Shown here: in pieces, positions 1-9,200 of the stretch
Position numbering within the stretch: the first letter of the stretch is position 1
How the letters are laid out: each line of letters begins with the position of its first letter
Origin: Anaerolineae bacterium
Lineage (GTDB): Bacteria; Chloroflexota; Anaerolineae; UBA1429
Length of the DNA stretch: 64,000 nt
Assembly (NCBI GenBank): GCA_963675785.1
Contig: OY776562.1
Coordinates: 384,001-448,000, forward strand
Direction of reading: 5' to 3'
Made by a program: the position numbers and the translations under genes
Notes under the pieces: generated by a model
What the model was told of the DNA's origin: nothing
Database searches by the model: none
The model's input: only the letters and a program-made list of their open reading frames with translations

Positions 1-1
1 T

Positions 2-1309
2 AGCCTGAATTATGATGAACGACAGTCGGCTTTTGTGGAATTTCTAAAAAATGTCCGCCCCGCCGAGCGCGATGACTCCGTTTTTAATCTTCATTGCCAT
101 ACGTTCTTTTCCTATAACGGGTACGGTATGTCTCCACAGGGGCTCGTGGCACTTGCCCGTTCAGAGGGGTGGTATGCCCTGGGCACGGTGGATTTTGATG
201 TTTTGGACGGCGTAGATGAGACACTAGAATCTGCCGATCTAGCAGGTGTTCGCGCGGTAGCCGGTATGGAGACACGGACCTTTGTTCCCGAGTTTGCTGA
301 CGATGAGATCAATTCTCCGGGCGAGCCCGGTGTGTGCTATCACGTAGGGCTGGGTTTTTGCTCTCGGCAGGTGCCCCCAAAGGCCGGTAGGGTGCTCGCT
401 CAGATGCGTGCTGGCGCAGAGCAGCGAAATCGCGCAATGTTTGAGCGTATTATGCCTGCGCTTGCCCCATTGACACTCGATTACGATCGGGACGTTCAAT
501 CGCTCACGCCAGCGGGTAATGCCACTGAGCGCCATATTCTTGTGGCCCTCGATGCTGCTGCGCGCGAACTCTATCCCGATCGTTGTGATCTGCTGGCTTT
601 TTGGACCGCAAAGTTGGGTCTGAGCCCGGAAAAGGTAGAAGCGGGCATTGGCTTGGAGCCGGGGCCTAGCGACCTGGTTCGTTCGCGCTTGATGAAGCGG
701 GGTGGCGTTGGCTATGTGCAGCCTGGTCCCGACACATTCCCCATGTTTGCGGATGTGGCTCAGGCTATTATAGCCGCTGGGGCCATTCCCACCCTCGCCT
801 GGCTGGATGGTTCTACATCTGGTGAGCAGCGCCTGCCCGAGATGCTGGAACTGATGGTTGCACGGGGTGTCGGAGCATTTAACATCATTCCAGATCGAAA
901 CTGGAACTTCGCCGATGCGGCATTGCGTAAAACCCGTGTGGCCGCGCTTTACGAGGCGGTTGAACTGGCTCGTGAGTTCTCGTTGCCTGTGGTAGTTGGC
1001 ACAGAGCTAAACAAACCAGGCCAGCGCATCCTCGATGATTTCAATGCAGAACCGTTGGTGCCGCTTCATGACGAGTTCACCAGAGGGACGGATTTTTGCT
1101 ATGGCCACACTGTTATGGAGAGAGCTTGGGGAATAGGCTATCAAAGTGACTGGGCTGCGCGCTATCTTGGTTCGCGCCAGGAACGCAACGCTTTTTATAT
1201 CGAGGCTGGGAGACTGATTCCTCCAGGCGCCGAAACACTGGCACGACTTCGAGCCGTATCTGTCCCCGAGTTGCCGGATCGGGTTTTGGGAGTTCTTGCC
1301 CAATTGTAG
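2..1309 (+). CDS. PHP-domain metallo-phosphoesterase-like protein (5' end probably outside the window)
   Basis: NLHCHT (HxH) motif, VDFD and AGME PHP-like metal ligands. The frame is open from base 2, so the GTG at 35 may not be the true start. Confidence 0.7.
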   Translation, partial: SLNYDERQSAFVEFLKNVRPAERDDSVFNLHCHTFFSYNGYGMSPQGLVALARSEGWYALGTVDFDVLDGVDETLESADLAGVRAVAGMETRTFVPEFADDEINSPGEPGVCYHVGLGFCSRQVPPKAGRVLAQMRAGAEQRNRAMFERIMPALAPLTLDYDRDVQSLTPAGNATERHILVALDAAARELYPDRCDLLAFWTAKLGLSPEKVEAGIGLEPGPSDLVRSRLMKRGGVGYVQPGPDTFPMFADVAQAIIAAGAIPTLAWLDGSTSGEQRLPEMLELMVARGVGAFNIIPDRNWNFADAALRKTRVAALYEAVELAREFSLPVVVGTELNKPGQRILDDFNAEPLVPLHDEFTRGTDFCYGHTVMERAWGIGYQSDWAARYLGSRQERNAFYIEAGRLIPPGAETLARLRAVSVPELPDRVLGVLAQL

Positions 1310-1340
1310 AAAAAAGGCCCGACAAAAAGTCGGGCCTTTT
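1310..1340. terminator. Bidirectional intrinsic terminator
   Basis: aaaaggcccgac-aaaaa-gtcgggcctttt hairpin with A/T tails between convergent genes. Confidence 0.85.
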
Positions 1341-1348
1341 ACTATGTA

Positions 1349-1999
1349 CTACTGTTGACGCAGGTTTACATTTTCATAGCAGCCTGCCTGTGCGTGGAAT
1401 ACCTGGTTTTCGTTGCCGGTCAGTGGCATTTCTTCACCGCCGATGACGAGTTTGGCGATCTGAATGTCAGTGTTGTTCTCGACATAGAATTCATACCAGC
1501 CTTGGGCATTTGTTGTGGCGGGTACGTCATAGTACCAATCATCGATGGTGATATAAACGCTAGCTCCTGCAACTACGTTGTTCTCACGGTCAAAGACCTG
1601 CCCCTTGACGGTTCCTTGGCTAGAACCGTGTTCAATGCAACCGTTGTACTCGACAACATAGTAACCCTCGAGTGGATCAGGGGTGGGTGTGTTGGTTGGC
1701 AAGGGAGCCAGTGTAGATACCTGGGTTGGGACAACATAAGGCGTCAGGGTGGGCACAAGTGTTGCTGTGGCGACAAGGCCGTTCTGAGTTGGCTGTGGCG
1801 TGAGTGTTGGGATGAGTGTATTAGTTAGCGTTGTTTCGGCACCAGCCACGCCTGTCGCTGTTGCAGTTGTGGCGCGTGTGCCCAATATGGCGTCAAGGGC
1901 CCCCTCACGATAGATGAGGTAGCCTAGTGTTACTACGACCATGATGACAATGATCAGAGCGGCGAGAGCAAGATAGAAGGCAGTTTTCTGTTGCGACAT
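1349..1999 (-). CDS. Membrane-anchored protein with Pro/Thr-rich linker and C-terminal carboxypeptidase-regulatory-like beta-sandwich
   Basis: N-terminal TM helix, TPTP linker, VKGQVFD...GASV...TTNAQGWYEF motif. Confidence 0.65.
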   Translation of the reverse strand: MSQQKTAFYLALAALIIVIMVVVTLGYLIYREGALDAILGTRATTATATGVAGAETTLTNTLIPTLTPQPTQNGLVATATLVPTLTPYVVPTQVSTLAPLPTNTPTPDPLEGYYVVEYNGCIEHGSSQGTVKGQVFDRENNVVAGASVYITIDDWYYDVPATTNAQGWYEFYVENNTDIQIAKLVIGGEEMPLTGNENQVFHAQAGCYENVNLRQQ

Positions 2000-2089
2000 G
2001 TAACTCTCCAGATATCCAGATCAGACGGCGCGAAACAATGAGCCGCCCGTTGCGTATAGATAGTACGCATATACAGCCAGGAGGTAGCG

Positions 2090-2659
2090 ATGGCTGATGT
2101 CCTCAAGATGTTCCAGGATCAGGCGCAGAAAATGATCGAGCAGATCAATGACAAAGGTGGCTTGCGCGGCATGATAGATGGACTGCGCAATCGCATTGAA
2201 GAAGCAGACCGCAAGCGCGATGTGAATCGTGTCAGGGTGGAGCTAGAACGGCTTGATACCCAATATGCCGATCTGACGCGAGCGATAGGTCTCGAAGCGG
2301 TTTCACTTTATGAGCGCAATATGCTCAAGACGCCAGAACTCGAGCCTTTGTGCCAGCATGTTTCAGATATACACAAAATGTTGGAATCGAAAAAGCAAGA
2401 GCTCGCCCAACTAGAGGCAGAGGCTGCTGCGGAACAGGCCGCGCGAGCTGCGCAGGCTCAAGCCCAGACTCGGTGCAGTGTTTGCGGCAACCCTCTCCCC
2501 GAAACAGGCGCCTTTTGTGCGAGTTGCGGAGCCCCAATCCATGGCCGCACCACACCTTCGCCAGCAGGGCCTTCTCATTGCCCAGTGTGCAATGCGGAAA
2601 TCCGCCTGGGCGCCAAGTTCTGTGGACGCTGTGGAGCTGATGTATCCACCAGCAACTAG
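2090..2659 (+). CDS. Coiled-coil plus double zinc-ribbon (DZR) protein
   Basis: Four CxxC pairs (CSVCG, CASCG, CPVC, CGRCG); strong SD ggagg upstream. Confidence 0.75.
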   Translation: MADVLKMFQDQAQKMIEQINDKGGLRGMIDGLRNRIEEADRKRDVNRVRVELERLDTQYADLTRAIGLEAVSLYERNMLKTPELEPLCQHVSDIHKMLESKKQELAQLEAEAAAEQAARAAQAQAQTRCSVCGNPLPETGAFCASCGAPIHGRTTPSPAGPSHCPVCNAEIRLGAKFCGRCGADVSTSN

Positions 2660-2713
2660 CCTCCTCATTCTATCCACAGCCTTTGACATTGCAACTGGAT
2701 GCATAATTTACCG

Positions 2714-2742
2714 TTGACCGGCGTTCTACCAGTTGCTAGAAT
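2714..2742 (+). promoter_or_regulatory. Sigma70-type promoter for the kinase pair
   Basis: TTGACC-17 nt-TAGAAT with extended -10 TG. Confidence 0.6.
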
Positions 2743-2777
2743 GGGTTGGATGCTGCGGATGAATGTTAGGAGGAGAT

Positions 2778-3539
2778 ATGGCTTGGCTTCCCGATGGAAC
2801 ACCGCTGAAAGGCAAGCTCTTTATCGTTGAGGGCATTGATGGTTCTGGCAAAAGTACGCAGCTCGACCTGGTTTACAAATGGTTGCGTACAGAAGGATAT
2901 GTCGTTTCATTTAGCGAATGGAACTCTTCTCCTGTCGTCCGGCAGACGACAAAACGTGGCAAGAAAAAGCAGATGTTGACGCCAACCACGTTCAGCATCA
3001 TTCATGCGGTGGACCTTTCTGACCGCGTGCAGCAGCAAATGATTCCTGCACTCAAGGCTGGAGCCGTTGTATTGGCTGATCGGTATATCTATACGGCGTT
3101 TGCTCGCGATGGTGCCAGAGGGGTTGATCCTAGCTGGGTCCGCGATATGTATGCCTTTGCCATCCGCCCCACGATGGCCTTTTATTTTCGCGTAACCCTG
3201 GAAGAATCACTCAAGCGCATTATTACAGGGCGCCCCTCGCTCAAATACTATGAAGCAGGGATGGATTTGGGACTTTCGGATGACCCTTATGAGAGCTATC
3301 GGCTCTTTCAGGGGCGCATTCTTGAAGAATATGACAGTATGATTAACGAATTCGGGCTTACTGTCATCGATGCCACGCTTCCCATTGTCGATCAACAGGA
3401 AACGCTGCGCTCTTATATCCGCCCCCATCTCAAGGATGTGCTCAAAACCTCTCCCAGCCCTTGGGACGGTGTTCTTGCCCAAGAAGGTTTGTCGGGGATT
3501 TATCTGGACGAGATAAACCGGGGAGGGCCGCAGGAATGA
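2778..3539 (+). CDS. Thymidylate kinase-like protein (copy 1)
   Basis: P-loop EGIDGSGKST, LADRY motif; SD aggagg before ATG 2778. Confidence 0.85.
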   Translation: MAWLPDGTPLKGKLFIVEGIDGSGKSTQLDLVYKWLRTEGYVVSFSEWNSSPVVRQTTKRGKKKQMLTPTTFSIIHAVDLSDRVQQQMIPALKAGAVVLADRYIYTAFARDGARGVDPSWVRDMYAFAIRPTMAFYFRVTLEESLKRIITGRPSLKYYEAGMDLGLSDDPYESYRLFQGRILEEYDSMINEFGLTVIDATLPIVDQQETLRSYIRPHLKDVLKTSPSPWDGVLAQEGLSGIYLDEINRGGPQE

Positions 3540-4243
3540 CTCTGGCACATTTCTATGGCAAAGGATTGCCCGGATATGAGGGTGTGATGCTGCCTGGCAA
3601 GCTGTTGGTGCTGGAAGGGCCAGATGGCGTAGGTCGTTCAACGCAGATCGCTCTGCTTCGCGAGTGGCTGGAAGCAAAGGGTTTTGCGGTATCTTATTCA
3701 GGACTCAAGCGCTCCGAACTGGCTAGCAAAGGGATTGCCTCAGCCAAACAGGGGCATACGCTTGATGAGCGTACTATGAACTTGTTTTATGTTGCTGATC
3801 TTGCCGACCGTTTGGAGCGAGAGATTATTCCGGCGCTGAAAGCCGGTTTTGTTGTGGTTACCGATCGGTACATGTACTCGCTCATCGCTCGTTCGGTTGT
3901 GCGCGGTGTGAATGCCGAATATATCCGGGCTGTGTTGGGCTTTTGTCTAATCCCCGATGCTGTGTTCTATCTCAAAACTAATCTTGACCATCTGATTCCG
4001 CGAGTTTTGCGCAAAGGCGGTTTTGATTATTGGGAAGCAGGCGTCGATTTTCAACATAAATCTGATTACTATGATTGTTATTGCCAGTACCAATCACAGA
4101 TGCTGGCCGAGTTCGATCGGCTTGGTAAGGAATATGCTTTCAGGAATATTGATGCAACGCGCTCTATTGATGCCGTATTCACTGAACTGAAAGATGAAAT
4201 TGGTCAGATCGTTCTAGAGCTCAAACCCTCGAACAGCATCTAG
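3536..4243 (+). CDS. Thymidylate kinase-like protein (copy 2, variant P-loop)
   Basis: EGPDGVGRST, VTDRY; ATGA overlap with the stop of copy 1. Confidence 0.85.
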   Translation: MTLAHFYGKGLPGYEGVMLPGKLLVLEGPDGVGRSTQIALLREWLEAKGFAVSYSGLKRSELASKGIASAKQGHTLDERTMNLFYVADLADRLEREIIPALKAGFVVVTDRYMYSLIARSVVRGVNAEYIRAVLGFCLIPDAVFYLKTNLDHLIPRVLRKGGFDYWEAGVDFQHKSDYYDCYCQYQSQMLAEFDRLGKEYAFRNIDATRSIDAVFTELKDEIGQIVLELKPSNSI

Positions 4244-4326
4244 TTCTTCAATGGAACCCTGTTTTCAGATAGAAGGTCAGTACTGTATGTGTGCTGGCCT
4301 TTTTGTCATACACCGGAGGCTTGGTT

Positions 4327-5793
4327 ATGGCACTGTTGGGCATCTCGATAAGTGGGACTTTGTGCAGCGCTGATATCTATAGCGAAGACGGCCGGTTACT
4401 ATCCAGAAAAAGGGCGGCATTCCCGGTCGAAAGATATCAGGATGTACAGGCAGCACTGCCCGCCAGAATCTGGGAAGCGTTTTGCACGGCTATCAAGGGC
4501 GCTGTCTCTGAAACAGATCAGGCAAATCTATCAGCCCTTTGCATTACGGGCGGTGGCGATGGTCTTGTAGCCCTTGATCGTGCCTCAGTGCCGCTTGGCC
4601 CCTGTGTCTTTCGCACTGCGTCGGCTATGCACTGCGCCTCTTCTGAGTTGCCCCCAGATATTTTTTTCGAGATGACGGGGCGGTTCGCCACGGATCTGAC
4701 TGGGCTGGATACACTCTCTTGGTATAACCAGAAATACCGCGGATTCTTTGGGCAGTTGTGGCGTTATGTGCCAGTGGAGACCTGGCTTCAAGTCAAACTC
4801 GGTGGTCAGGCTATCGTCGATGCCTCACTCGGTTCTAGGGCCTTGTGTCTGGATATTCGCGATAACACTTGGTCTCGGCAGCTATTGGATCCCTGTGGCA
4901 TTCGAGAGGCGCATTTGCCGCCTATTGTGCAATCAGCTAGTTTGGCCGGACGGCTCTCTGCAGATGCCGCTTCTGAACTGGGTTTGGATTCTCACGTCCA
5001 GCTGGTAGTTGGTGGTTGGGATCGAGCGTGTGAGGCTCTGGGGGCTGGCGTATTGGAGCCGGCCAAAAGTGCGCTCTATTGCATGCAATCGTCCTTTGAT
5101 TTGATCCCCTCTTTTGCGGCTATCTCGCTTACCGCGCTTTTGCTCAAAAACGGCATCAGTATGACGCCGCATGTACAGAACGAAGCCTTGTTGGGCGTTT
5201 GGCAAGTGCGAGAAGGAGGGGCCATGCTACGCTGGTTCCGCGACCAGATCGCTAGGCAGGAGACGGCCGAGGCCCGCAGCCGTGGCTACAATGTTTATGA
5301 GAGGTTGTTGGCAGAAATGCCGGATTATCCTACCGAGCTGCTGTATCGGCCTCCTGCGCAAGATCGTTCAACCTCTGTACTGGAGGGTCTCAAGTCCGAT
5401 ACATCGCGGAGTGAACTATTACGCGGGTTGGTGGAGGGTATAACTGAAGAAATGACCGAGGGGCTTGAACGTTTTGGGCATGTAGGTATTCCCGTGGAGA
5501 CGCTGCATACGACGGGAATAGGCGCTTACTCCGATGTGCTTTTGCAGCTTACAGCCGATATTTCTGGGTGTGAGATCCTCAAAATGGAACAGCCCAACGC
5601 CGACACACTCGGCGCAGCCCTGATTGCCGCATGTGGCGCTGGGGTTTATGAGAGCCTGGAAGAAGCTGTGGCCAATGCCGTGCGGGTGGCCGCTCGTTAC
5701 GAACCACGGCCAGCATTGCACGAGGTTTATGTCGCGAGGCGCGAATCCCGTCGGGGAAATCGGCCTCGCGGTGAGATGCTTCAAGAGATCTAG
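4327..5793 (+). CDS. FGGY-family carbohydrate kinase-like protein (degenerate motifs)
   Basis: Xylulokinase-like layout (GGWDRACEALGAG, LRWFRD, LGAALIAA); SD ggagg before ATG 4327. Confidence 0.75.
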   Translation: MALLGISISGTLCSADIYSEDGRLLSRKRAAFPVERYQDVQAALPARIWEAFCTAIKGAVSETDQANLSALCITGGGDGLVALDRASVPLGPCVFRTASAMHCASSELPPDIFFEMTGRFATDLTGLDTLSWYNQKYRGFFGQLWRYVPVETWLQVKLGGQAIVDASLGSRALCLDIRDNTWSRQLLDPCGIREAHLPPIVQSASLAGRLSADAASELGLDSHVQLVVGGWDRACEALGAGVLEPAKSALYCMQSSFDLIPSFAAISLTALLLKNGISMTPHVQNEALLGVWQVREGGAMLRWFRDQIARQETAEARSRGYNVYERLLAEMPDYPTELLYRPPAQDRSTSVLEGLKSDTSRSELLRGLVEGITEEMTEGLERFGHVGIPVETLHTTGIGAYSDVLLQLTADISGCEILKMEQPNADTLGAALIAACGAGVYESLEEAVANAVRVAARYEPRPALHEVYVARRESRRGNRPRGEMLQEI

Positions 5794-7856
5794 TGTCCAG
5801 CTGCAAGCTCGGTGATCTGCCGCAGTTGCCTTGTGAGAGCTGCAAATGCTGCGGTATAGGTTTCTTCCCATGTTTGAAGCGATTTGTCATCCCCCGTTTC
5901 AAGCTCGTATCGCAACCCGGGCAGTAGCCAGGCTTCATACCCGCTATCAGGGTCTTCACAAACATAAAGCGAACGGGCCCAAGCGCTGTGTTGCAGGCCT
6001 TCTGAGCGGGTCAGGTTGCGCTCCAGTGTAAGCAACTGCTCGTTGATCTGCCCTTTGATGTCCTCAGATAGCGCAGTTGCAGCATCCTCGGCCAGAGCGG
6101 TTTCCATGGCGTAGGCAGCCCCCGCCAGCTCTTGGATGGCGGCGCGTAGTGGACTGGCGTCGAGCTTGCGACCGAGTTCTTGGGCGCGCTGAACCAAAGT
6201 CCCCAGGTGTCTGCTGAGATCAGCACCGTAACGCGAAACATCCAGGGGCAGTAGGTCAGCATCGGCCAGCCTGGTAGCAATGATGCCGTTCCAAACAGCT
6301 ACAGCCGGCCCGAACTTGAACTCGGTGTCACCAAAACGCTCGTACCAGGCCATATCGTCATAATTTGTGTGGTAAAGAGGCATCGGATTGGACATGAATA
6401 CTTGGGCTGCCGGAATGCCCAGATGGCTGTAGAACCCCACGTGATCCGAACCGCCGCCCAGATCGCCCATACGTGGTTCGCCGCCCGTCTTGGATTGTTC
6501 TTGCCACACCTCCAGCAGGCTCTTCTTAGTGCCGGGGTAGGCTGTATCGGCGGCGGCTTCGAGCAGCAGTTTTTTAAGCGAAGGAGCCGATTCGGCGGCG
6601 ACGTTGGGACCGGTAACAGCCATGTCGGCGTTGAGATAGGCGATGGCCGAGGTCGCCAGCTTGCTTTCAAACTGTTCAACCCACTCTGTCGAGCCAATAA
6701 TGCCGTATTCTTCGGCGTCCCAATGGGCAATGGCCAATGAACGACGCGGGCGCCAACCCTCGGTTAGCATCTGCCCCAAGGCATCAGCCAATACCAACAG
6801 CATAGCGTTGCCGCTGTTAGGGTCGGATGCGCCAAAGTTCCAGGCATCATAATGGCAACCGAGGTATAGCGTCTGCTCGGGGAATTCAGAGCCCTGGATG
6901 ACACCGACAACGTTCGTTGCTCGCTTGATGCCGAGTGGCTGATCCACGCGAACGCGAACCTGAAGCAATTCGTCGCCCTGTAGGCGGTAGGCAAAAGGCA
7001 ATCCGCCTTGCCAACCCTCGGGTACGCCCTGACCGGTCATTCTTTTAAGGATTTCTTGCGCCGAGCCGTAGGGCAGGGGTGCGACTGGGATATTCAGTAG
7101 GCCGTCGACATCTGCAGGATCAAGGCGTTCAACGAGCTCATCCGAATCCAAGGGCAGGGCAGGGCCATTGGGCGTGAGCGGGTCGCCAGAGTAGCCCAGG
7201 GTCAACAGAGAACCGCGCTGCACGCAGCTATCATTGATAGCCGGCCCTTCGGGATAAGGCAATGCCTTGACATAACCAGAATCCGCAGGATCCGAGTAGA
7301 TGATCAAACCGAGAGCGCCCCGTTCTTGGGCATATTTGGCTTTATAGCCGCGGAAATTGCCGCCAAAACGGGCAATAACGATCTTGCCAGCCACGGAGAT
7401 GCCCAACGCATCAAGTTGCTCGTAATCTTCCTTGCGAGCGTAATTGGCATAGACGACGGTACCGGTAACGTCACCCGATCCTGAATAGGCGTTCCATCCT
7501 GGCCCGAGGTCCGCATGGGCTGAATAAGGATCCTCAGCCAGAATATCTTCTTGGTTGTTGAGCGCCATGCGTTTGGGCTGCACCAGATCGACACGCACTG
7601 AACAATCTGGCGAGGGCATGAGCACATCGTAGGGATATTCAGTCACTTGCAGACCGGCCGCTTTCATGCTCGTGGTGAGGTATTCGCGTACTCGGTCATT
7701 AGCAGGGGTGCCAGCGGGGTGGGGCTCCTGAGCGAGTGCTTGAAGGTGCTTTTTAAAGCCTGCTGCTGTACACAACTCGCAGAGGCGGGCTTCAAACTGG
7801 TATTGCGCCTGGCTGCGGGTAGTAGAGAATCCTCGAATTGCCTTGGTGTCAGTCAT
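5790..7856 (-). CDS. M28 peptidase, glutamate carboxypeptidase II-like (PA domain plus TfR dimerisation domain)
   Basis: HYDAW, GASDPNSG, WDAEEYG, GSDH and YHT zinc motifs; SD ggagg before ATG 7856. Confidence 0.9.
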   Translation of the reverse strand: MTDTKAIRGFSTTRSQAQYQFEARLCELCTAAGFKKHLQALAQEPHPAGTPANDRVREYLTTSMKAAGLQVTEYPYDVLMPSPDCSVRVDLVQPKRMALNNQEDILAEDPYSAHADLGPGWNAYSGSGDVTGTVVYANYARKEDYEQLDALGISVAGKIVIARFGGNFRGYKAKYAQERGALGLIIYSDPADSGYVKALPYPEGPAINDSCVQRGSLLTLGYSGDPLTPNGPALPLDSDELVERLDPADVDGLLNIPVAPLPYGSAQEILKRMTGQGVPEGWQGGLPFAYRLQGDELLQVRVRVDQPLGIKRATNVVGVIQGSEFPEQTLYLGCHYDAWNFGASDPNSGNAMLLVLADALGQMLTEGWRPRRSLAIAHWDAEEYGIIGSTEWVEQFESKLATSAIAYLNADMAVTGPNVAAESAPSLKKLLLEAAADTAYPGTKKSLLEVWQEQSKTGGEPRMGDLGGGSDHVGFYSHLGIPAAQVFMSNPMPLYHTNYDDMAWYERFGDTEFKFGPAVAVWNGIIATRLADADLLPLDVSRYGADLSRHLGTLVQRAQELGRKLDASPLRAAIQELAGAAYAMETALAEDAATALSEDIKGQINEQLLTLERNLTRSEGLQHSAWARSLYVCEDPDSGYEAWLLPGLRYELETGDDKSLQTWEETYTAAFAALTRQLRQITELAAGH

Positions 7857-7924
7857 TGCGGGCCTCCGTGTTGATGCAATAACATTCGCTTCTCTGGCAT
7901 ACCTGTGATAAAGTGCGCCCACGT

Positions 7925-7957
7925 AAAAACAGACCCGCAGCATTGCTGGCTGCGGGT
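7925..7957 (-). terminator. Terminator downstream of tRNA
   Basis: acccgcagc/gctgcgggt hairpin followed by a T-run on the minus strand. Confidence 0.6.
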
Positions 7958-7961
7958 AAGG

Positions 7962-8034
7962 TGCCCCAGGAGGGAGTCGAACCCCCGGCACAAGGTTTAG
8001 GAAACCTCTGCTCTATCCTCTGAGCTACTGGGGC
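7962..8034 (-). tRNA. tRNA-Arg (anticodon CCT)
   Basis: Minus strand GCCCCAGTAGCTCAGAGGATAGAGCAGAGGTTTCCTAAACCTTGTGCCGGGGGTTCGACTCCCTCCTGGGGCA folds as a cloverleaf. CCA is not fully encoded (CCT follows). Confidence 0.95.
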
Positions 8035-8075
8035 GCGAGCAGGAGTATACCATAGACACAGGAGAGCGACAAGAA

Positions 8076-9200
8076 TTGTCACCCCGACGCGTATGTAATC
8101 TGGTTCTGCGTGCTTTCATTCTGTTTGCACTGGTCTATGTGACTAGTGCGCCTGTTCAGCGTCTGGTTACCGTTGGGGAGCAGCAGCAGGTTGAGACAAA
8201 TAATCCGGTGGTTGGTGTGCATACGCGCCTGACCGATGAAGTGGAAGAATGGAAGATTCAGCAGACGCTGGTGATGGTGCGCGAGATGGGCGCCAGCTGG
8301 ATTGTCGAGTATTTCCCCTGGGCCTATTACGAGCCAGAAAAGGGTGTTTACGATTTTGGCCACGCCGATATGGTGATAGAACATGCTCTGGCACAGGGTC
8401 TGAAGGTCATCGCCCGGGTGGATTATGTACCTGACTGGGCTCGTCCCGAGGATACAACGGCGCGCTATCTCGATGAAGACCATTATCAGGATTACGCCGA
8501 TTTCATCTATGCTTTTTGTGAGCACTTTGAGGGGCAGCTAGATTCCATCATCATTTGGAACGAACCTAACCTGGCCTTTGAATGGGGTTATCGTATGCCC
8601 GATCCTGAGAGCTATGTTGAGCTGCTCAAGGTAGCCTACGAGGCAGCCAAAGCAGCGGATCCTGATATTCGTGTGTTGGGTGCTGGATTGGCTCCTACGT
8701 TGGCTCCTGAAGGCAGCGAGTGGGGTATGGATGATCTACTCTACCTGGAGCGCATGTACCAGGCGGGCGCTGCTGATTATATGGATGGTTTGGCTGTCCA
8801 TGCTTACGGAATGACGGCTTCTGCCGATGATCCTGCGGATCCGCAGGCCATCAATTTCAGACGAACCGAACTTGTTCACGAGATCATGGTGACCTATGGA
8901 GACGGTGACAAGCCCTGCATCATCACCGAGGGCGGTTGGAACGACCATCCTCGGTGGACCAAGTCGGTTAGCCCGTATCTGCGCATTCAGCACACCATCG
9001 ATGCCTATGATCTGGCCATGAACGAATGGGACTGGTGCGAGGCGGTTTGTTTGTGGGTTTTCCGATTCCCCTGGCCTCAAAATACCTACCAGGACTATTT
9101 CGCCTTTGTCTCGACGGATTTTATTCCCAAACCCATCTATACCGAGATACAACACTATGCCCACGATGAGCCCTATGATTATCTGGAGAATACGCCATGA
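8076..9200 (+). CDS. Secreted GH-A clan glycoside hydrolase (GH5/GH39-like)
   Basis: IWNEPN acid/base, ITEGGW nucleophile, AVHAY; N-terminal hydrophobic segment. Confidence 0.8.
   Translation: MSPRRVCNLVLRAFILFALVYVTSAPVQRLVTVGEQQQVETNNPVVGVHTRLTDEVEEWKIQQTLVMVREMGASWIVEYFPWAYYEPEKGVYDFGHADMVIEHALAQGLKVIARVDYVPDWARPEDTTARYLDEDHYQDYADFIYAFCEHFEGQLDSIIIWNEPNLAFEWGYRMPDPESYVELLKVAYEAAKAADPDIRVLGAGLAPTLAPEGSEWGMDDLLYLERMYQAGAADYMDGLAVHAYGMTASADDPADPQAINFRRTELVHEIMVTYGDGDKPCIITEGGWNDHPRWTKSVSPYLRIQHTIDAYDLAMNEWDWCEAVCLWVFRFPWPQNTYQDYFAFVSTDFIPKPIYTEIQHYAHDEPYDYLENTP

Noticed and set aside
2683-2707. TTGACA...CATAAT promoter
   Set aside because: The spacer is only 13 nt; the downstream TTGACC-17-TAGAAT fits better.
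7857-7991. N-terminal extension of the M28 ORF to 7991
   Set aside because: It overlaps the tRNA and its terminator; a good SD supports ATG 7856.
7962-8034. tRNA-Arg as an integration site for an island
   Set aside because: No integrase, no duplicated tRNA 3' end seen, and the flanking genes are ordinary metabolic genes.
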